This document shows, one piece after another, positions 24,241 through 32,000 of a stretch of 32,000 nt of DNA. Positions within the stretch are counted from its first letter, which is position 1; every line of letters begins with the position of its first letter. The translations under genes were made by a program, and so were the position numbers. Below the pieces are notes generated by a model. That model saw only the letters and a list, made by a program, of their open reading frames with translations. It ran no database searches and was not told where the DNA came from. Where the stretch lies: NCBI RefSeq assembly GCF_000148385.1, contig NC_014537.1, positions 1,530,001 to 1,562,000 of the forward strand, read 5' to 3'. The DNA comes from Vulcanisaeta distributa DSM 14429 (lineage in GTDB: Archaea > Thermoproteota > Thermoprotei > Thermoproteales > Thermocladiaceae).

Positions 24241-25665
24241 ATGGAGGGTGGAGAGAAGCGAATAAACGAGCCAAATAAAAACAAAGGGGAGGGAGAGGGA
24301 CCAAGGAAGGGCAGGGAAATACGCAAGCCACCAAATGAGGGCATCGACGACAACGCACCAAGTGAGGAGGAGGTTAGGGCGGCTATTTTGGAGCTTATTA
24401 AGAGACTGAGGAGGCATGAGGATGTGATTAGGAGTGGTAAGATGTTTAGTGAGATCAAGGCTGAGTTGGGGAGGTTGAGGAATGAGGTTGCGAAGTATGG
24501 CATTGATGGTTTTGAGAGGGTATTTGATGAAATGGAGAAATACGTCATGAGGGTAGAGGAGAAGTTCAAGAGGTACCATGCTAAGGAAATTCAAGGTCTC
24601 GTTGAAGAAATCGAACGGGGACAGATAAAACCAAAGGGAAGATCAATTAGATCTAGGTATATAACCCTGAGTTTTTCAACACCAAGCTATCAAGCAACAT
24701 ATCAAATATTGCTCAAGAAAATTGGGAGCATAACTGTCAAGGCACCCAAAGTTTTGCCGTACGATGTAATTACGCCACTGCAGTGGGGACTACTATTAAG
24801 CGACGCCACGGTGAGGATCTATTACCCAGCTATGGAGACTGTGAGCATGTTTCAGATCATGCTATTTATGTTAGCGTTTCCAGGTAGAATACGAATAGAT
24901 GCTACAAAGCTTGATGTTAATAAAGACGGCGTAAAAATAGTATGGCGTGTAGAATCAAAGGACTGGGACCCACCATCGTTGCCTGAGTGTGAGGATGAGG
25001 ATGAGTGTCAGCAAATTAATGAGGAGGATGCGTATATCGCATTATTTGCAGGTTTGATGGGAGATGGCTCATTTGGTACAATAAGGAGAAGGAATCACGT
25101 TTATCCAAGGATTCGTTTGACGACGACAGAAAAATATAGATGGGAACCGATACTAAAGAGTATAAAGATAAAGTATTATGAAGAACCTTATAAAAATGGC
25201 ATAATAAATATTACGTTTTGTTGTTCATATGCTGTTGAACTAATGCAAAGAATTAAGGGTATCTTTGTAGGAAAAGCACCAATATTGTTAAGATTGCTAG
25301 ATATATTAGTTAATGAAACAAAGATAGAAAGAGTAAGACACATTATGAACATGGAGATTAGGAAGTTGGGAGAGTTTAGTGTGGAATTGCTTGGCTATTT
25401 ATTTCATGTGAATATAAGTGGCAGTTGGAGTATTATGTTCATGAAAAGGATGAGTGATGTAGAGAGAGCGAATGCAATAGCAACAGAGGTCGCGCAATAT
25501 TACGGGCTTAGTAATGATGATATTAAGGTTTATCCTGAGTCCCATGCCATAATAATAAAGCCATCAGGCATACTAAAAATAATAATGAGGGATGAGAAGG
25601 TAAAGGAGGAAACCATAAGAGTACTCTGCAAAAATATCAAGACGAGAAGAGAAAAAGTAAAATAA
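24241..25665 (+). CDS. Free-standing protein with two LAGLIDADG-like motifs and a charged coiled-coil N-terminal extension. It may be a homing-endonuclease-derived protein. The start codon is uncertain.
   Basis: The second motif, DAYIALFAGLMGDGSFGTIRRR, fits the LAGLIDADG helix plus a beta-strand. An upstream degenerate copy (PLQWGLLLSDATVRIYY) lies about 90 aa earlier, as in double-motif monomeric enzymes. The N-terminal ~130 aa are Lys/Glu/Arg-rich. The first ~30 codons overlap a repeated non-coding motif. The 3' two-thirds is AT-rich (18/60 G+C in the line starting at 25141). Confidence 0.55.
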   Translation: MEGGEKRINEPNKNKGEGEGPRKGREIRKPPNEGIDDNAPSEEEVRAAILELIKRLRRHEDVIRSGKMFSEIKAELGRLRNEVAKYGIDGFERVFDEMEKYVMRVEEKFKRYHAKEIQGLVEEIERGQIKPKGRSIRSRYITLSFSTPSYQATYQILLKKIGSITVKAPKVLPYDVITPLQWGLLLSDATVRIYYPAMETVSMFQIMLFMLAFPGRIRIDATKLDVNKDGVKIVWRVESKDWDPPSLPECEDEDECQQINEEDAYIALFAGLMGDGSFGTIRRRNHVYPRIRLTTTEKYRWEPILKSIKIKYYEEPYKNGIINITFCCSYAVELMQRIKGIFVGKAPILLRLLDILVNETKIERVRHIMNMEIRKLGEFSVELLGYLFHVNISGSWSIMFMKRMSDVERANAIATEVAQYYGLSNDDIKVYPESHAIIIKPSGILKIIMRDEKVKEETIRVLCKNIKTRREKVK

Positions 25666-25711
25666 TTAGCATTTTGAAGAAAGTCATACCCACAAAGGGG
25701 GCGGCCGCGGT

Positions 25712-26311
25712 ATGTCTGAGTCGCCAGCTACTCAGGAGAACTGGATAGGCGTCAATGGTAGGTCGGTTAGGTATCTGGTATATGGTGATGGTAAACCCAT
25801 GGTCATGGTTCATGGATATAACTTCAACGCTAATGACTGGATTAACTGCTGCGGTAATGACTTCCCTGGGTTTAAAATATATGCGTTGGATATGCCCTAT
25901 GGACCTAGGTCGAGGAGTGATCACTTCATGCCTAAGGATGATAATGATTATGCCAATCACCTACATGCCATAATTAAGGCGTTGGGCATTGAAAACCCGA
26001 TACTTATTGGCGCGAGTTTGGGTGGCGAGACCGTACTTAGGTACCTAGCGCTTAACTACCCAGCGACTGCGGGTATAGTTATTGGTCCCGTGAGGGTACC
26101 CAGTATTGACCTGTCAAGGATAAGGGTTCCCGTAATGGGTATTTGGGGGAGTAATGATAAGGTCTCGGGTAGGGAGAACATGGAGGCCATGAGGAGGGCC
26201 GGCTTTAGGGTTGAGGTGATCAATGGAGCTGGTCACCCTGCTTACCTCGATAAGCCCAGGGAATTCGTGAGGTTAGTGCTTGATTTTTTAAGGTCCATTA
26301 ATGTCATTTAG
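25712..26311 (+). CDS. Alpha/beta-fold hydrolase
   Basis: It has HGYNF (oxyanion region), the nucleophile elbow GASLGG (GxSxG), and a C-terminal GAGHPAYLDKP (catalytic His region). At 199 aa it is compact. Confidence 0.75.
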   Translation: MSESPATQENWIGVNGRSVRYLVYGDGKPMVMVHGYNFNANDWINCCGNDFPGFKIYALDMPYGPRSRSDHFMPKDDNDYANHLHAIIKALGIENPILIGASLGGETVLRYLALNYPATAGIVIGPVRVPSIDLSRIRVPVMGIWGSNDKVSGRENMEAMRRAGFRVEVINGAGHPAYLDKPREFVRLVLDFLRSINVI

Positions 26312-26405
26312 TGTACAGTTAGCGGTTAATACCCATGTATTATCTACGTAATAATTACTTATTATAAGGTATAGCATAATTTAATGCTGGACTATAGTCT
26401 ATACC

Positions 26406-26924
26406 GTGGATAGGGTCGACCTGGCCTACGTAGTTGGTGTTGTGCTCGGTAAGGAGGATGTTGACGGAATTAGGGTTGCGTATACCACATACACGAGCAC
26501 ACTGGGTAAGTGGGTTAGGGACCCTGAGGGTGTTGTTCAATACCTAGTGAATATTGGCAAGGCTAAGGTTGTTAAGAGTGGCCAGGGTAGGAGTGTGATA
26601 TTGACGGATAGGGAGATGATGAGTAGGGTGAATAACCTATTAATGCCTAGGGAGGATGTTGACCCACTAACGCTGGTTATTGAAGGCATTAGGAAGCTGG
26701 CGAATCCCTTATCTGGCTATGCGGATATTGGTGATATTATTAAGTACATAGAGGGTAGACTTAATGTACCCACTAAGGAGGCTGAGGAATTCCTGATTAA
26801 GGTAATTAAGTTCCATAGGGGTAGGTTCGTATTTGCACACGGTGGTTCCCGCAGGTTAAAAATTGGTTCTTCATACTATGGCTTGATAAAGGTGGTGGGT
26901 GATGCAGAGACTCTTGGTTCCTAA
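26406..26924 (+). CDS. Hypothetical protein, possibly with a C-terminal winged-helix-like region. It is the upstream partner of the AAA+ gene.
   Basis: A 172-aa ORF with a GTG start that overlaps the next gene by about 23-26 nt. No family motif was recognised with confidence. Confidence 0.5.
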   Translation: MDRVDLAYVVGVVLGKEDVDGIRVAYTTYTSTLGKWVRDPEGVVQYLVNIGKAKVVKSGQGRSVILTDREMMSRVNNLLMPREDVDPLTLVIEGIRKLANPLSGYADIGDIIKYIEGRLNVPTKEAEEFLIKVIKFHRGRFVFAHGGSRRLKIGSSYYGLIKVVGDAETLGS

Positions 26925-27726
26925 TAGGGGCTCAGTTATAAGATTGCTTGGTCCTTCGTGGAGAGCGGCTAGGGAGAAGCTATTGAGTATGATTCGTGAG
27001 GATTACCAATTAATTGCAATAATTGGCAGGGCAGGCGCTGGGAAGACAACCTTACTCCTCAGTCTTGAGGGTATGGGTGATGGCGTCTTCATGTATACTG
27101 ACATGACTGAGGTTAGGGATAGGGACTTATCGGCGATTGTATCCACGGTATTCGCAGACAACACCCACGTGGTTAGGGATGTACAGGAGAGATTGAAGAA
27201 GACAGGTGTCAAGGGGTTGCTCAAGGCCTTCGCTAAGGCAAGCCCTGATGAGGTTGTTGAAAGCGCCAGGCTTAAGCCAATGGAGACCCTGAAATTACTT
27301 AATGATGCGATTGAGCTATTAGGTATGTCACCACTGGTGATTGGAGTTGATGAGGGCCTGCTTAGTCAGGATGATCCGAGGGCAATGGACTTCATAAATT
27401 CAATACACGCATTTAGGAATAATATGCAGGCAATGCCATCAACTAAAATAGTAATAACACTACTCCCTGACGTGGTTAACCTAATATCGAAGGTCGATAC
27501 ACCACTATTTGACATACTGAGACTAGGCGCAATAACACTACCAGACTACGTAACAAGGGAGGACCTAAAGGAGGTTATTCAGGAATACGGACTGAGCGAG
27601 GTAGATCTAAGCAAGATAGAGGCGCTGGGCCCATTAACCATGAGACAGCTCATATGCTTAATGAACACAAAAATGGATGTAATAAAGTGCGGAATAGACA
27701 CAGCAGGAGAAATATCAATAGAATGA
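26899..27726 (+). CDS. AAA+/P-loop ATPase whose motif order resembles the Orc1/Cdc6 ATPase module, without a C-terminal winged helix. The likely start is the ATG at 26902.
   Basis: It has Walker A GRAGAGKTT, Walker B VIGVDEGLL, a sensor-1-like KIVITLLPD, and a lid segment LRLGAITLPDYVTREDLKEVIQEYG that resembles the initiator-clade pattern (i.F.pY...eL..IL). At 275 aa it is long enough only for the base and lid. Confidence 0.6.
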   Translation: MMQRLLVPNRGSVIRLLGPSWRAAREKLLSMIREDYQLIAIIGRAGAGKTTLLLSLEGMGDGVFMYTDMTEVRDRDLSAIVSTVFADNTHVVRDVQERLKKTGVKGLLKAFAKASPDEVVESARLKPMETLKLLNDAIELLGMSPLVIGVDEGLLSQDDPRAMDFINSIHAFRNNMQAMPSTKIVITLLPDVVNLISKVDTPLFDILRLGAITLPDYVTREDLKEVIQEYGLSEVDLSKIEALGPLTMRQLICLMNTKMDVIKCGIDTAGEISIE

Positions 27727-27780
27727 GACTTAAAATGACCTTATCTCTCGATATATAAAACGTAAAATAATGACTTATGT

Positions 27781-27879
27781 TGGAGCCCCGGCCGGGATTC
27801 GAACCCGGGACCTCCCGCTTACAAGGCTTGCACGGGGCTGCCGCCCCAGGGCGCTCCGACCAGGCTGAGCTACCGGGGC
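27781..27879 (-). tRNA. tRNA-Thr (anticodon TGT) with an encoded CCA end and a 21-nt intron inside the anticodon stem (about position 29/30; intron at 27828-27848)
   Basis: The reverse complement reads GCCCCGG TA GCTC AGCCTGGTCG GAGC G CCC[TGGGGCGGCAGCCCCGTGCAA]GC CTTGTAA GCGGG AGGTC CCGGG TTCGAAT CCCGG CCGGGGC T CCA. A TATA-like cttaaaatt lies about 25 nt upstream. Confidence 0.9.
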
Positions 27880-27920
27880 GTGTGTGTGTTTCCCTGTGGA
27901 ATTTTAAGTTTTTCGTGATG

Positions 27921-28406
27921 TTATTGCATGGCTTTTTCCGCGAGTTCCCTAACCTTACTTATCAATGTCCTTATATCCCTAGATGCAGATTCATCATCTG
28001 GGTATGGACTTAGTATACTCTGTTTATCTGGCCCATTGTATTGGTACTCATATAACCATAATGCCATGTTTGTATATACATCAATATCACCACCTACTAC
28101 CTGAGCCACAGGCTTCAGTACTGTTGTTGGCATAACAGCCACAATCCAATAAACCTTCTCAACCCTTACCCTAAAACCCCCTAACCTCTTTATACCTGGA
28201 AACAACTTCCTTAATTCACTTATTTTATCCACCGCGTATGCCGCTACCAATGCCTTCCAGGCCTGGAATGCCTTGCCCGCTGCGTTTCTTATGAATCCCT
28301 GATTTAGAAAGGACTCCGCCAGCTCAGTCTCATACATTGCCTCCCTTAACCTAACCTCCCTATACTTATTGAGGTCGAACCAAGGCTTGGGTAATTGCTC
28401 CACCAT
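27921..28406 (-). CDS. PaREP1-family (HEPN-like) protein
   Basis: AESFLNQGFIRNAAGKAFQAWKALVAAYAV matches my recollection of the PaREP1 core (KG..rNAAGKAfqAwKAl..a). This is a family expanded in Thermoproteales. The ORF is 161 aa. Confidence 0.6.
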   Translation of the reverse strand: MVEQLPKPWFDLNKYREVRLREAMYETELAESFLNQGFIRNAAGKAFQAWKALVAAYAVDKISELRKLFPGIKRLGGFRVRVEKVYWIVAVMPTTVLKPVAQVVGGDIDVYTNMALWLYEYQYNGPDKQSILSPYPDDESASRDIRTLISKVRELAEKAMQ

Positions 28407-28468
28407 AAGGTGGTGCTGTCCTTACTTAAAAATGCTTAATCATTAACGATTATGGAATGCTCATGGTT

Positions 28469-29908
28469 TTACGGCCTATCCACTATCCTTCTTTGCTGTG
28501 TCATCGGTACCCTTGTCCTACTCCAGGATGTTGCTATCGCCACGGCTACTAAGGCTAGGGATGCCCTGAAGGCCATGTGTAGGCTGTTTATGAATGGCGC
28601 CATTAGGCTTGGTGTCAATACCGAGGTCCCCACGAATATTTGGAAGGCAACACTCCTCGGTATCGCCATTGATGAGACCACAATGGCTATTATGAAACTG
28701 AGCAGTATGCCTATATTGCCGATTGTCCTGTTCGTGCCGGAGGCTATCCCATACATGTCCCTCGGCACGTCCAGCATCACCATCTTACCATTGGCCGCGA
28801 AGAACATGCCAGCCCCAACACCACTTATCGACGCTATTATCGTTATGTAGTAGAACGGTGTCGTCAACGTCAATAACGTATCATACAGTACGTAGGCCAC
28901 GGCCTGAAGCATGAGGCCTATTGACGCTATTACCCTAGCGTCGGACCTATCCGCTAACCTACCACCGAAGGTCGCCGCTATTGAACCGAGTAGGTAACCA
29001 GGTACTAGCCATATTGATGCGTAAAATGGGTTTAGTCCCCTGACCCCCTGTAAATACATTATTAGTAGGAATAATATTGCGTTATTGGCCATGTACTGGA
29101 AGAAGTAAGAGAAGCTTGATAGTGTGAACATTTTAATCCTGAAGAGTCTTAGGCTTATTAATGGTGACTTTGCCCTAGTCTCTATGTATATAAATATAGC
29201 AAATAAAGCTAGCCCTAATAGTATCATTAAACCTACGACATTGTTATAACCAACCCCGGCATAGGTTATCCCCGCCATTGATAGAAGGCCGAGGGATAAC
29301 CCAAGGGTTATTGCACCGTAAATGTCGAAGTCCTGCTTAACCCTGACACCCCTATCCTTTAAGTATGCCAGGCCGGTTATGAAGCTGAATATCGCTATTG
29401 GGACGTTTATGTAAAATATCCATCTCCAACCAATGAACGTGGTTATGATACCACCAGCCAATATACCAGCCACAGCGCCCAGGTTCCAACCCATTGACGT
29501 TGTCCCAAACACGAAACCCCTCTCCTCAGGCCTGAAGTAATCACTGGCTATGGCCATGGTATTACTTGTCATTAATGATCCACCAAGCGCTTGTATAGTC
29601 CTAAATCCAATAAGCTCTATGGCACTTGTCGATAAGCCACATAACGCGCTGCCTATACCGAAGAGTATCATGCCAAAATTAAACATTTTAGCCCTGCCCT
29701 TTAAGTCACCGAGCTTTCCCAATTGCGTTGAGAATATCGTGACGGTGAGTATATAAATTAATATTACCCAGACGAGTATTGATAGGTCTGTGTGAAGTGC
29801 CGTAAGCATTACAGGTAATGCCAACACGACGATGGTACTGTCCAGTGCGGTCATGAATGTCGCTAGGGTAAGCAGCACCAAGACTATAAATTGTGTCTTA
29901 TCCATCAA
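28469..29908 (-). CDS. MFS transporter, 14-TM drug:H+ antiporter (DHA2/EmrB-QacA-like)
   Basis: A 479-aa protein with about 14 hydrophobic segments. Motif-A-like GKLGDLKGRAKMF lies between TM2 and TM3. Confidence 0.85.
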   Translation of the reverse strand: MMDKTQFIVLVLLTLATFMTALDSTIVVLALPVMLTALHTDLSILVWVILIYILTVTIFSTQLGKLGDLKGRAKMFNFGMILFGIGSALCGLSTSAIELIGFRTIQALGGSLMTSNTMAIASDYFRPEERGFVFGTTSMGWNLGAVAGILAGGIITTFIGWRWIFYINVPIAIFSFITGLAYLKDRGVRVKQDFDIYGAITLGLSLGLLSMAGITYAGVGYNNVVGLMILLGLALFAIFIYIETRAKSPLISLRLFRIKMFTLSSFSYFFQYMANNAILFLLIMYLQGVRGLNPFYASIWLVPGYLLGSIAATFGGRLADRSDARVIASIGLMLQAVAYVLYDTLLTLTTPFYYITIIASISGVGAGMFFAANGKMVMLDVPRDMYGIASGTNRTIGNIGILLSFIIAIVVSSMAIPRSVAFQIFVGTSVLTPSLMAPFINSLHMAFRASLALVAVAIATSWSRTRVPMTQQRRIVDRP

Positions 29909-29986
29909 TTACATCGGTTGCTTCAGACTCCTTTAAACCTTTATTACAAAGACCAAACTTAAAAATGAGCGCATTATTGGAATTAT

Positions 29987-31183
29987 ATGACGACGATTAA
30001 GGATATAGAGATATACTCAGTCAGTGACCTGGCGACCGCTAAGGCATCGCCGTGGGCTTCTGTCTCGATAATTGTTAGGGTTGTCACAAGTGATGGACAG
30101 GTTGGTTATGGGGAGGCCGTGCCCACCCTCAGGGTTAACCAAGTCGTTAAGGCCATTGAGGAGGTTAGGAGGTTCATGATTGGTAAAGATCCATTTAGGA
30201 TTGAATATTTATTCAGAGAATGGTATAAGCATGAGTTCTACATTAGCCGTTCGTTTGAGGCAGCTACTGCGTATAGCGCTGTTGACATAGCACTACACGA
30301 CCTACTGGGTAAGTACCTCGGTGCGCCCATATATCAATTCCTCGGCGGCCTTGTTAATGAGAAGATTAAGGCTTATGCAAATGGTTGGTATAGTGACTGC
30401 GTAACACCTGACGACTTTGCGAAGAGGGCTAAGGAGGTTGTGTCCATGGGTTTTAAGGCTATGAAATTCGACCCATTCGGGCCGTACTTCGATCATATGG
30501 ATGAGGAGGGCCTTGAGGAGGCTGTGGAGAGGGTTAGGGCTGTTAGGGAGGCTGTGGGTAAGTACGTGGACATATTAATAGAGGTTCATGGCCGCTTCAA
30601 TGTTAATACGGCTATTAAGATGGTTAAGGCCATGGAGCAATTCGACCCATTGTTCATCGAGGAGCCAGTACACCCTGACCTGAACTTTGAAGGTCTCGCC
30701 AAGATAAAGGCTGCGGTGCCCGGCGTCCGAATTGCGGTTGGTGAGAGGATAATCAGTGTTGAGGAGGCACTGCAGCTCCTGGAGAGGGGTTTGGTGGATG
30801 TTCTTCAGCCTGACATAACCAATGCCCTGGGTTTCACGGGTATGAGCAGGATTAGGGCTTTAACCGAGGCATATGGGGTCGAGTTGGCGCCGCACAACGC
30901 CTTTGGCCCTGTGCAGCACGTCGCGACTCTACAGTTTGATGCAAGTGCATATAACCTGCTAATTCAGGAGAGCTTCTACGAATTCTGGCCTCAGTGGAAG
31001 AGGGATATCATCAACAATGCCATTAGGCTCGAGGATGGTTATTACAGGGTGCCCAACAGACCTGGCCTTGGTGTTGACGTTAATGAGAAGGTTCTTGCCG
31101 AGATGAGGTTTGAGGGTATGGAGCCATTCCATGAGGAGGAGCCTGTCTGGGTCATAAAGGGCACATGGAAGAGGTATAGGTAA
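29987..31183 (+). CDS. gad: D-gluconate/galactonate dehydratase of the branched Entner-Doudoroff pathway (enolase superfamily, MR/MLE subgroup)
   Basis: There is long collinear similarity to my recollection of Sulfolobus solfataricus gluconate dehydratase: GYGEAVPTLRV, SRSFEAATAYSAVDIA, YANGWY, KFDPFGPY, IEVHGRFN, EEPVHP, GERI, LQPDITN and EEPVWVIKGTWK. Confidence 0.85.
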   Translation: MTTIKDIEIYSVSDLATAKASPWASVSIIVRVVTSDGQVGYGEAVPTLRVNQVVKAIEEVRRFMIGKDPFRIEYLFREWYKHEFYISRSFEAATAYSAVDIALHDLLGKYLGAPIYQFLGGLVNEKIKAYANGWYSDCVTPDDFAKRAKEVVSMGFKAMKFDPFGPYFDHMDEEGLEEAVERVRAVREAVGKYVDILIEVHGRFNVNTAIKMVKAMEQFDPLFIEEPVHPDLNFEGLAKIKAAVPGVRIAVGERIISVEEALQLLERGLVDVLQPDITNALGFTGMSRIRALTEAYGVELAPHNAFGPVQHVATLQFDASAYNLLIQESFYEFWPQWKRDIINNAIRLEDGYYRVPNRPGLGVDVNEKVLAEMRFEGMEPFHEEEPVWVIKGTWKRYR

Positions 31184-31229
31184 TCCCGAGTTATTGATTT
31201 AAATTAGACATTAAATATCAATATTTATA

Positions 31230-31625
31230 ATGTCGAACGATATAAACGCAATAATAAGTCAGCTCACGGACTTGGAGAAGAAGATACTTGCCCACATATA
31301 CCATTATGGGCCAGACACGCCCTGGTTACTGGCGAGAAGACTACTTGGTGCTGCTGGCTGGAGACCAGTAGTGCCTGAGGATGAGGTTGAGAGGGCTGTC
31401 CAACGCCTGGTTCAGCTTGGTTTATTGCAGGAGTTTAGGGGTTCGCTTAAGGGTAAGGTTACATCATCGGTTAAGCCCTGGCTGAAGGTTAAGCAGCGTA
31501 ACCCTGAGAGACGTGGTAGGGGCATTTACTATGACCTAACGAAGATCGGTAAGAAGGTGGCTGGTGAGGTTTGGAAGAACTATGTTAGGCCGAATATTAA
31601 GAAGATGCGTAATAATCAATCATAG
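31230..31625 (+). CDS. Winged-helix DNA-binding protein (archaeal DUF2250/PadR-like)
   Basis: LEKKILAHIYHYGPDTPWLLARRL...LVQLGLLQEFRGS...RGIYYDLTKIGKKV fits a wHTH with recognition helix, wing, and a trailing basic helix. Confidence 0.55.
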   Translation: MSNDINAIISQLTDLEKKILAHIYHYGPDTPWLLARRLLGAAGWRPVVPEDEVERAVQRLVQLGLLQEFRGSLKGKVTSSVKPWLKVKQRNPERRGRGIYYDLTKIGKKVAGEVWKNYVRPNIKKMRNNQS

Positions 31626-32000
31626 GTAGGGCTTGTACCAGGGATCGCCGAGGCTTGGTCTTACAATACTTGAAGTGTTCTTTACAAATTTCTCCTTGTT
31701 TTTAATGGTGTTAATTAGTAATTGAATGTCAAGTGGAAGACTTGGACCAAAGTGTGCAAGGACATCATTCGGCGTATGTATTGTTGGTCTGTTTATCCAA
31801 TTCGTTTCCTGTGGTCTGTAATCCTTTGTCTTTCCCTCATAAATCACTAGTTGCGGGTTAACTCTGTTAATTATGTTTAAAGCGCCATCCTTATTTGTGA
31901 TAAGCTCAACGCATTTAAGGCCTCTTACGTACTTAATACCAACTCTTTCAAGTGTTGATGCTATGTATGATGTCTCACAGGGTATTACGTAATCACCGAG
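31620..32000 (-). CDS. 3' part of a longer CDS that runs off the window edge, function unknown
   Basis: The track ORF (31620-31847, GTG) stays open in frame up to base 32000. My hand translation upstream reads ...LGDYVIPCETSYIASTLERVGIKYVRGLKCVELITNKDGALNIINRVNPQL. No stop codon occurs before the edge. Confidence 0.55.
   Translation of the reverse strand, partial: LGDYVIPCETSYIASTLERVGIKYVRGLKCVELITNKDGALNIINRVNPQLVIYEGKTKDYRPQETNWINRPTIHTPNDVLAHFGPSLPLDIQLLINTIKNKEKFVKNTSSIVRPSLGDPWYKPYL

Noticed and set aside
23560-24260. Possibility of a chromosomal replication origin
   Set aside because: Three motifs of the form C[C/T]CCGTGGG, each followed by a G-run, loosely recall the crenarchaeal ORB layout (TCCAGTGGAAAC...GGGG). 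They flank AT-richer stretches. However, all three have the same orientation, the AT-rich stretches are only moderately AT-rich, and no full-length orc1/cdc6 or whiP gene is adjacent. The idea stays open only as a low-probability alternative, testable by marker-frequency analysis.
24066-24594. Three overlapping minus-strand ORFs (167, 91 and 122 aa) across the hairpin cluster and the 5' end of the 24241 ORF
   Set aside because: They overlap one another in different frames. Their translations are low-complexity (Ser/Leu/Pro) and derive from the complement of a purine-rich sequence. No start context or motif supports them.

Overview
The window looks like a gene-dense chromosomal segment from a hyperthermophilic crenarchaeon, probably Thermoproteales and Vulcanisaeta/Caldivirga-like. 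That assignment is an inference from several signs: two tRNAs with introns inside the anticodon stem, genomically encoded CCA ends, a bifunctional FBP aldolase/phosphatase, a PaREP1-like gene, a Sulfolobus-type gluconate dehydratase, and an AT-rich background with GC-rich RNA genes. I support about 33 protein-coding genes. Most are housekeeping or metabolic: PLD-like protein, SDR, ABC-2 exporter pair, LysE, RNase HII, tandem acyl-CoA dehydrogenases, family-5 UDG, TrpRS, M19 dipeptidase, FBPA/P, MFS transporter and gluconate dehydratase. There is also a DUF4129/transglutaminase-like/MoxR/DUF58 cluster. RNA genes are tRNA-CAT and tRNA-Thr(TGT), each with a 21-nt non-canonical intron, an intron-less tRNA-Lys(CTT), and one well-formed C/D-box sRNA candidate. 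The most unusual locus is 23288-25665. It starts with a ~950-bp ORF-free island that is locally GC-rich and dense in hairpins. The island contains a 166-nt four-helix nested structure, a tandem 23/24-nt repeat, and a ~36-nt motif present in three copies with mutually exclusive pairing options. It is followed by an AT-rich 474-aa ORF carrying two LAGLIDADG-like motifs behind a charged coiled-coil N-terminus. I could not match the island to RNase P RNA, SRP RNA or any other RNA family I know. Secondary oddities are a TFS-like protein with only one zinc ribbon next to a solitary C5 DNA methyltransferase, an overlapping small-protein/AAA+ gene pair with Orc1/Cdc6-like motif order, and a transglutaminase-like protein whose catalytic triad appears substituted. 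No CRISPR array, rRNA, integrase or transposase was seen. All calls come from reading the sequence and recalling family motifs; no database search was run.
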